From Patellaria atrata CBS 101060 (taxonomy: Eukaryota), in assembly GCA_010093705.1 (NCBI GenBank), contig MU006097.1, forward strand, positions 569,905 to 633,904: a DNA stretch of 64,000 nucleotides. The letters run 5' to 3'. Shown here piece after piece: positions 53,634 to 64,000 of this stretch (position 1 is its first letter; every line of letters starts with the position of its first letter). The notes below the pieces were generated by a model. That model was not told where the DNA came from. It did not search any database and saw only the letters and a program-made list of their open reading frames with translations. The position numbers and the translations under genes are program-made.

Positions 53634-54865
53634 GTAATGGTCGACTACTTGTTCGTTCATTGTTAGCTTTCCATTATTCTTTTTCTATCAGCGTTGAATT
53701 GATTATCATGTGTCTTTGTACAGTACATTGGATGCTCTTCGTGTGACTTCTTGCAGTTCTATTATCTGGTATGTCGTGGTAAACATTAGCAGGCGCCAGC
53801 GTGCACTCAATATCATGTCCGATTTTCGTTTTTATTCACTTAGCATTTCATTGCATCTACAGTCTTAGATACTCCTCAATAGTCATATAACATTGCTCTA
53901 CATTACCATAATATTCGACTGTACAAAGCACACTCCAATAGGTCAATTTAACCGTTTCCATGGAGACTCAGACCAAGTCGAAACTCAAGTCGATCCTCTA
54001 CCATAGAGTCAGATATCAGAGAACTCACCCTAGATCTAGGGGACGTAAATATTCTTGATCTTCTAAGCCTGCCGTCTCTTTCGGTTTACTAGTTTCTTTG
54101 CCTATATACGCTCTCTTAAGTTTGTATCGCACGATAGTTGTACTGTACATACGGATTGAAGACATTGAGGAAATTAGGCAAGATCAGTGTCTTATCTTAT
54201 AGATGGTTTAAGTTGTGTATAAACATATATACTAATTATTCAGCTTCTCATATAACTTTTCCACTCCTACACTTGAAGGAAAGGTGATGCTCCGTTTGTC
54301 AGTTAATACCCGCATATACCCAGACTAATGAATGAAAATTACAGAGCAGTCAACTTTGGAGTAGAATGTAAACCGCTCGTGATTACTCTATTTAGTCGAT
54401 AATTTCGTAAGTCCAGAATCTTCGTACTGTACTGCTAATATTTTGTTTTATATATAAAGTTACGCCTAGTTCTCATAAGCTCAACCCGTGGTATCAAGAT
54501 GAACAGCAAAGCTTTAAAAAGGAGAGTTCAATGTTGAACAACTTGAATTTGCTCTCGTTCTCATTCTCAAAGTAGTATGTTCTCTCTTTGAATAGGACTT
54601 GGGTCTTCAAGAGTGTTTCCTCGAGCGCAGGCATATTGACGCGGGATATTCTTAGAATATTCCTAAGATATTCGTGCATTCCTGGAACATTCTCGAAGTA
54701 TTCCTGGGATATTCTTAGGTGATTCTCTCATGCGATCTGAACCAGACTGCGTGAATGATATACTAATATCTAGGACGGTAATCTATCGGCTCAAGAAAGA
54801 ACCGACGGCGCCCCATATGAAAACTAGTAGGACGTAATATTCGAATAAGATGGATGTCTTTTTGC

Positions 54866-55802
54866 TCAAGTGTCGTCGGCAAAACGGACAGTTTTCTTCG
54901 GTCGTAACCTTCGGCTTATCCGGACACGAAAATCATCTCGGTAGAGGATCCCATAAGGCGTCCCTTTCCGCGGTCCCAAAAAGGGAAAGATGAGGGAATG
55001 GGTAAATTGTCTAAGAAGCATTCCTTCGAAGATGAACTTGTGCAACTTGGCTATATGAGCTCCGAAGCGCTTTATCGTGTTATATATCGTGATTACCAAA
55101 AGGGCGAGAATTATCTTCTTGAAGAATGATGTGCTGGTACTTGACGAAGTTCCTGCCGTAAGGACGTCCGGGTCTTGTCCGTAGAGTCCTGTCTCAAACG
55201 TGAAAGCCTTAGTGGGCCCAACGAATAGTGATTCTGAAGCGTCAACTTGATTTAGTGGATGCTCATTGAAGAGAGGTTGCTCGATCAAGCTCTTCTCGAG
55301 TTCAAAAGCTCTATCATGCTCCACAAGGATTTCCTCCTGGATAGTCTAGACATGGCCGCTCAGAATAGGTTTTGAGGACTCCAAGAGGTAGCACTCACCT
55401 CCAAGACTTTTTTCTTATTGAACTCGTCGGTTGCCCTGAGAGACCCAACTCGCAAGTTGCGCTTATATCTCAATACTTCTGATGATTGGAGACGTCTTGA
55501 AGCGGAATCGGATTTGATGTGCTTTGGGTTAGCACTGGCTATAGATCCTACGTTCCATAAGTGAATGTACAAGAACGGATGGAGTAGAACTAACCATATC
55601 TCCTACAAGTCACAGCAGATCTTTCTCTAGCTTGTACAGAAGCTGACTTCAGGGACTGCCACAGCTTGTCAAATGATACTACTTTCGGTCCACTAATTGT
55701 GATGGACGATATCCAGCAAGACAATGAGACAACCCAAGATAATGTGAAGGAAACAAGAATACTAAAGACAAATGGATAAGCTAGGACTTCGATGGAAGCC
55801 AT
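54866..55802 (-). CDS. Orphan membrane-associated protein (3 exons)
   Basis: MASIEVLAYPFVFSILVSF... joined by two GTTAGT/GTGAGT..TAG introns (RRYG|SIAS and KKVLE|TIQEE) to ORF 54866-55324; two hydrophobic segments. Confidence 0.5.
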
Positions 55803-56873
55803 ATCGTAACCATGGAGAAAGAAAAATTCAGAATTACGACAGCAAATTTTCAGGTGATGATCTTTCATACAAAGACTATACTTTGAGATAGTCTGGGACT
55901 GTAGTCCTCTTCTAGTTCATATCAAAGTCCATACTGATCTCACACCTTTATGGAGGGCCCCATAGGGATAATATCTACTAGACCAACAAGGTCCAGACGT
56001 ATCATGTTTGAAAGAAGCAGTCTTGAAAATTGTCCGAGATGTACTATATATTCAAGGCATCGAAAGAAACAAGGAACAAAATACGCCGATGCGCATAGAA
56101 ACTGGAATAGAAAGCTCCACTAACCTACATTCAGCTTGATTACGATATACTATAGGATGCTGTTGGATTTTTAGATCTCGTTTACATGCGTGTTAGTTTT
56201 ACATGCAGATACTTGTTAAGGCAGTGTGGGGGCGAGGGGCACAGTTCCTGTGGCAGATATGTAGGCCAAGAGGTTGCTGTCGAGAAGATGCCGGCGAGTA
56301 TAAGTCATGCGGCGTAAATGAGGTCGTCCTACCTTACATGATACTTGTATTGCTAAATTCTGGCCGCTTTGCTCGGCCGCCTGGTGAAATACAGGGATTC
56401 TGTTACCGATCCGGGCGGTCGAGTAAGCGTGCAGCGTTTGGGGCAAATTTCCAACAACCACCCCTCGACCGGTCGTTGAGCATGCCGTAAGCCAGGCTCT
56501 TGAACTGGACAACGATAAATATCGACAGCAACGCTTGGTGGGGAACGAGTGGAGATAGTTGTCGAAAGGTGAACAGGATGACGGGAATCACCATCGTCGA
56601 TGACTAAGGTGCATTTAGCGTGTGATCGCCACGCCCCTTTTCAGGAGGAATTCAAAAGGAACATGTCAGCTTATACGGATAGAAGATTTATGCTACTAAA
56701 ATGCAGTATAGATTTCAGGGTTTACATGGTTAGCTGGCCGAGGCCTAACTACCGAAGCTATATAGTCAAATTTTTCCACATGCTTATGTGTGTGTACTTC
56801 GTTGACCCCTTAAGTCAATATGTGGGAAATCTATACTCGATAATGTACAGCTTTATCTACAATCATCCTCTTT

Positions 56874-58886
56874 CTATTCCGGGCGCACAAGTATGTTCGA
56901 ATCCGTTTTCTTACACAGCTTCCCATCCAAAATCTCCGTCCACCCTTCCGTCCCTGGGGTTGACTTAGCATAAAACACATTCTGAGGATCCCACTTCTTC
57001 TTAACCTCCAGGAGTTTGGGGTAATTACTACCCCAATAAACCTCCTGCCATTCCGGCTCATTAACGTCTCCCTCGTTCACATAGCTCGCCCCATCCGGAC
57101 TAGCATCCCTCCACGCCTGTCCCAGCACATTCGTCACCATATCCTCTGCCTTCCTCCTCTCGGCCAAACTCGGGGTTGCCGAAACCGGAAGTATGTATAG
57201 GTCGGCACTGGCAGCCCTTCTCCAGGCTGGATGTACCGCATTATCAACGGTAGGTTTTGCATGTCCGGGGTTAAGGATATGTCCTCCGATTACCGCACCC
57301 GCATTCTCACTGACAAAGCGGAATGCTTTAACGATGTCATCCCCATGGGTTTCGACATCGGAGGCGGTGAAGAGACGGCCGCCAACGAGAGCTTGGTTGG
57401 CGCCGGCGTCGTGAGCAAACGACCACATGCCTTGGTAGAGCTCGTAGAAAGTAGGCCATTCTTTGATTTCGTAGGTAAAGGTTACATTGTCTGCTGTGAG
57501 TTGGTCGAGGAGGGGGTTAATAATCTGGTTAAGGGTCAGAAACGACGTATTCATAACTTGATTGGGCGATACATTACCTCCTCAAATTCAGCTTTAGTCT
57601 TGTTAGGCGCAACAAATGGTCGAACAGTGAGACTTGGTACTGGTGAGATCGAGAACCAAACGTACATGCCAGCATCGGTATAGACGTTCGCCATGTTATG
57701 GAAATCGGCAACTCCTTTCCAAAATGTATCTCCAGTACCAGCTATATTTAGTCTCATACCTGAGGAACCATTAGACATCCTTTGATTAGTTCTCGGCTTG
57801 TGGTACATACCTGTACTGTGAACTTCGGGGAACGTCCTCAATGTCGAGCTAACCACAACTCCAAATGTTGAAGGGCCGCCTCCCTTGAGCGCCCAGAACA
57901 AATCGGGGTTTTCGTCAGCGTTCGCCGTAACGAAGTTTCCATCTGCAGTGACAACATCGAAGGATAAAGCGTTATCAGCAGCTATCACGACCTCTTGTCA
58001 GCTCTCGCGCTGTCGCATCAAGGTTTAAAGAAGTACCTACCCAAACCATAGAATCCAGCCATCGGGCCATGCCCACCACCTTGAATATAACCTCCACTGA
58101 TACCTACTGTCTAGATATCTGCTGTCAGCAAACTGTAAAATACTAAAACTCCAGCGAATCAACACATACTGGACATTCTCCCCCAACAACCACCCTCTTC
58201 GGCTCCTGCTCAAACGCAGCTTTGTACAGCTCGTTATGCAAGACTCCCGCTCCGATAGTCACGGAGTCCTCATTAAACTGGATGCTATCGAAGGAGTTCG
58301 TGTTGATAGCAAGAGCACCGTATCCAGTCGAACGTCCCATAAAGTCATGTCCAGTATTACGAATGACCAATCTCAGGTTATGGTCGCGAGCGAAGTTCAC
58401 TCCGGCTTGAATGTGTGCTTTAGTCCTTGCTTTGATAACTATTTCAGGCAGGTAGCCCAGTGTGCAAGTTGAATTACTCGCATTTGGACGTGGGTCGCAT
58501 GTGTTGTTGGAGTAGAAAGGCCATTGTGGAGATACTAGGTCCTCGGTGCTAGATTTAGGATTAGCTGAGTATAACGTTGGGAAATATAATACATACACCC
58601 AAGTTGCGTTTGCCCAGTTTGCCGTCGCCGCAGAGCATTCTTGCACATTGTACGTTCGGGTCCCATTGAAGTTGTTGTAACATACAGAGCCAGCAGGTTG
58701 CACGGAGTAGATGTTCCCAGCCACAGCAGTCCTAAGGGATTCCCATTCGCTAGTACTAGGCCAGCAACTATCATCTTTATAGCATTTACAGCTATACGGC
58801 TGTCCGTCTACTGTCGCCATTTGCGCAGATACAAAGCCAATGGCCTGTAGAGTAGCAGCAACAGTAACCAAGGACTGGACCCTCAT
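56874..58886 (-). CDS. Secreted FAD-linked oxidase (FAD_binding_4 + BBE; isoamyl alcohol oxidase-like)
   Basis: Signal peptide [36 protein letters not shown] (covalent FAD His), [34 protein letters not shown]. Confidence 0.92.
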
Positions 58887-60324
58887 TCTTGCGTATGGAT
58901 TGAGCTCAGGAATCAAAGAAGAGCTGGAGGAGACCAGCATGAGACCAAGGTACTATTTCAATGAAAGCTCTCATCCCACGATCTTCTGATAATTTCCGGG
59001 TTTCCCACATGCATATTTTTCCTTATAGATCGTGTCCAGGATAGATATACAAAGAATAGATACTTTCAAATGAAGCTACCGAAATCTAGAAAGCGGGTAA
59101 AGCTTATGTTGAAATCTATCGTCGTGTCCCGGTTCGGCAGATAAATGTTGAGCAATCATGGAGCAGACAGCGAGCGGGGAGAACCAGAGTACTGGGATAA
59201 GAAGATCTGGTAGATTGACTGGAATGAAAGACCTGCATCGTAGGAAGAAAATATAATCAAAGTCGAATGTGTTCTTTTGTTCCTAGGGAACAGACGATTG
59301 ATTTAGGCTAAACCATATATTAGTAGGCTGACACTTTGAATCCCAATAGGAGCGATATTTAAACCTATAATAGAACGAATCCTAGAGTGCTGTCAAAACT
59401 TAAACTGGCAAATAAATAGTATAAAACGTAGAACGGTAACTTGAAAGAGAAAAGGGAATAATATGTATGTATTAGAGAGGACTCTCTCAGGTTAATGCAA
59501 TCTAGACCTGGGCCATCTAATACAATCCAATTCCCAGATAACACTATGACTGAAGTTTTACGCCTGTTAGATCTTACCTCTAGAGAACTCTCTCGCATAA
59601 TTCAAATGAAATCTGTAGGTATATCGGACGTAAAGTATAGCTGGTTTAGGTCAAGCGCTAAGATGGTTCTCTTCTAATGTAGAGCAGAATACTCCGTAAA
59701 TCTGAGCACAAGTAACAGAACATGAAATCGCATCATTCACCCAAAGATATCAACCCGGAACCGGGTTCTTTTTGGTCCGCAATCGTGCAGTACAGTCAAA
59801 AAAAAAGTGTTGCAGAATATTAGTAAAGCAATATAGGGAAATTGATTATTTAAAACAAATGTAAAGAAAAGGTAGGATATCGAATCAGTGCTGATACATA
59901 TACGCATTCACATGGGGTCATTATAAATATACTAGAAATCAGAGAGAAGTTCATAGAATCTACGGGAAACTGTGTTGTAGGATTCATGGGCGGAATTCAA
60001 AGTTGTTTGGGCAAATCTCCTACCTTGATTAACTTCCACGAAGCGTATTAAAACGCTTTCAGCTCTTACATATTGAGATTCTCGGATATGGGATAGAAGA
60101 GACCCGGATTTATGGACTTGTAAGGGGTTTGAAAGGTCGACGTTCTGTCCGTTGTTAGGGAGCTACAAAAGAAAATGTAAAACACTTATATAAGTCCAGG
60201 GAGAGAATCGTCTGTGCTAGTAAGTGAACAAGAACTTTAGTGGCATCAACAAATGTGTAGACCACTCAGATAAAGGTTCGAGAAAAGAAATGCCTGGAAT
60301 AATCTCCTAATTTTCTCCATAATC

Positions 60325-61669
<1,345 letters not shown>

Positions 61670-61725
61670 TCGTTTGATATCAACTTTCTCTATCTTTAAG
61701 TTGAATAGTATCCCAGCATGAGTGT

Positions 61726-62865
61726 TCAATTCGCGTAAGTTGTTGTCGCATCGTACAACCGTTCCGCATTCGTCTTGAACAGCTTTTCAACCAGCTGTTG
61801 ATTATCTTCACACCACTTCAAGCTGATATCAAGCCATTCTTTAGCATCAACCTTATCCTCAAATCTGGTATGCGGCCAGTCACTAGCAAAAACAACCGCC
61901 TCGCCCCCCCTAACCGCTATCAGACTTTTAAAATAAGGTTCAAGATGCTCTTGATTATCTGTGATTCTGTACGGTGCAGATACTTTCACGAACACTTTCT
62001 GTCTTTCCAATAGCCGTAATAGACATGCCCAGTGATCACCTTTCAGAATCTTTTGTCGTTCTTTAGCATTCTCTGGTAACTTGGGTAAACCAGCAAAATG
62101 GGCGAGTACAATCTTCGCACGGAACCTATCCACAATTTCTTCTAGGGCAGGCAACATGTCTAGTCCAACATATAAATCCAGACACCAGTTTTCCATCCTA
62201 CGAATCGCGAGATCGTGGGAGTAAAGTATATTTTGGAATAGCTCTTTCAACAAATATGGGTCTTCAACTGGCTGAAAATCAAAGCTTGATTTGATCTTAT
62301 CCCATGACTTGATGTGCTTAATATGGGATACGTCACGTTTCCAGAACTCATCCGATTTCAGATTAATCCTTAAACCACGGACACCAAGTTTGTGCCATCG
62401 TTTGAGTGAGGAGTCTTCCACTTCCTTCCTCGTTGAAGTATACAGCTTTGGTAAGGAGAGGGATACTATCCCCCTAGCGCGATGAGTGCCTAGTCCTTTG
62501 AGCGCTGCTAACAGGCAATTATTCCAGGTTGTGTATGTGGATGGCTGTACCAATACGACATTAGGAAGATTCAATCTTTCAGCATTCTTCAGGGCATCCG
62601 GCAATAGCGCGTCATGAGGTTGGTAGCTGGCGTGTACGTTGATTGGGAATTTCTTTGTATCTGTGACATGAATATGACAGTCCCAAGCATCCTTAGGAAT
62701 TGAAAGATTGTGATTCTTCTGTGATTCTTGCGAAACAGACCTTGTGGTGTGAAGCTTCTGGAGATGATAACTCACAGGGAAGCTTGGGCAGCATTTTGAT
62801 CGCGATGAATGTTTGAACCGGTTTCTTGCAGCGAAAACTATGAAGTGATGCGATTTCTTATCCAT
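61726..62865 (-). CDS. Amidohydrolase_2 family TIM-barrel hydrolase
   Basis: AWDCHIHV, VVLVQPSTY, GVRGLRIN, IVLAHF, FVKVSAPYR, FASDWPHT; basic N-terminal extension, possibly a mitochondrial presequence. Confidence 0.88.
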   Translation of the reverse strand: MDKKSHHFIVFAARNRFKHSSRSKCCPSFPVSYHLQKLHTTRSVSQESQKNHNLSIPKDAWDCHIHVTDTKKFPINVHASYQPHDALLPDALKNAERLNLPNVVLVQPSTYTTWNNCLLAALKGLGTHRARGIVSLSLPKLYTSTRKEVEDSSLKRWHKLGVRGLRINLKSDEFWKRDVSHIKHIKSWDKIKSSFDFQPVEDPYLLKELFQNILYSHDLAIRRMENWCLDLYVGLDMLPALEEIVDRFRAKIVLAHFAGLPKLPENAKERQKILKGDHWACLLRLLERQKVFVKVSAPYRITDNQEHLEPYFKSLIAVRGGEAVVFASDWPHTRFEDKVDAKEWLDISLKWCEDNQQLVEKLFKTNAERLYDATTTYAN

Positions 62866-63056
62866 ATCAATTAATACAGTACTCGGATTGTGAGTTGGGG
62901 TCGGTATGCCCAAATGGGTTCAAGGTTGCGGAGGACCGACTGCTCGAGAAGTCTGCGGAATTCAAAAAGTTCGCCCACCAAAACCTCAATAAAATTTTAA
63001 CTGTGAGCAAATTTAACACCGTACAACTCACGCAAACATCCACAAGGCTTCTCATA

Positions 63057-64000
63057 ATGCCGAAAACTCTCACATCCTCGGACCCACGGCAGGAAAAGCG
63101 GCATAACCCCCTAACAGAAGAATATGCGCCATCGGATCCCTTCAAGAGAAAACCCGCAAAACGGAGGAAGTCTCTAAAAGACTCAGAAGACAACGAAGAG
63201 CATTATGTAGATTCAAAAGCTTCGAGAAGGATTCTTCAGATTGGACGTGAGCTTGCGGACGAAGATGAGCTAGAACGACAACCCAAAAGACCGATCCCGG
63301 CCAACACCGCTTTCTCGTTTGAATCACGCTTTCCGGGTGAGGAAGAGATAGAGGAGGAGGTGGGAGATTTTGACGATGAGGCGTGGGGAGATGAGGAAGG
63401 CGAGGAAGTAGAAGAGATCGTAAGACTCAAGAACATACAATACTCAAACTCACACATTTGCTAACAGTGGGGTAGGAAATTGACCCCAACGACCTCGAAA
63501 CCTTCAACCGCTTCATACCCTCCTTCGACGATCCCATTCTACGCCCCGATGATCCTCCTTCTCAAGGTACAGGAATTAATCTCGCAGACCTTATTCTCGA
63601 GAAGATCGCGCAACACGAGGCTTCCACCCAAAACCGAAACGAAGGCCCTTCCGCTGACCCAGTTGACGCTCCCCCTTTCCCTACCGAACTTCCTCCCAAA
63701 GTCATACAAGTCTACACGCAGACCGGCCTCCTCCTCTCCCGCTATAAATCTGGTCCCTTACCCAAACCTTTCAAAATCCTCCCCACTCTCCCTCACTGGG
63801 TCTCGCTCATCCAACTCACCCGTCCTGAAAAGTGGACCACCAATGCTCTTTCGGCGGCGACACGTCTTTTCGTCTCCAGTCCCAAGCCCGTAGTTCAGCC
63901 TTTCCTGACGCACATCCTCCTCCCAGCGATTCGAGAAAACATCTATGAGACCAAGAAATTGAACGTCCATCTATATACCGCGCTAAAGAAAGCTTTATAC
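63057..64000 (+). CDS. enp1: Bystin / Enp1 (40S biogenesis factor), runs off the window end
   Basis: MPK...RHNPL..YVDSKASRRILQIGRELADE; intron 63420-63475; then LSRYKSGPLPKPFKILP. Confidence 0.92.

Overview
Gene-dense genomic DNA of a filamentous ascomycete (Pezizomycotina-like): GT-AG introns with CTRAC branch sites and one 227-nt N gap. Conserved genes: trpC, a BRCT+WGR-like protein, a HAD hydrolase, an AmdX/Adr1-type C2H2 factor behind a ~7.8-kb gene-free region, endonuclease III (nth1) head-to-head with an Hcs1/IGHMBP2 helicase, Mbp1/Res1 head-to-head with complex I NDUFB7, a peroxisomal acyl-CoA ligase, Caf16, glutaminase GtaA, a FAD/BBE oxidase, an amidohydrolase and bystin/Enp1. An accessory stretch (~35-51 kb) holds decayed pseudogenes, three solo LTRs with intact target-site duplications (one nested in another) and a DUF6536-like membrane protein. 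The main finding is an adjacent gene pair at 45.4-48.0 kb. One gene encodes a HeLo-like/SesA-like effector ending in two HET-s-type amyloid repeats. Its neighbour is not an NLR but a single-pass membrane protein with one copy of the same motif (R0) in its N-terminal tail and a Ser/Thr stalk plus Cys-rich module on the other side. This suggests amyloid cell-death signalling triggered by a surface receptor. All calls come from reading the sequence by eye; no database search was run.
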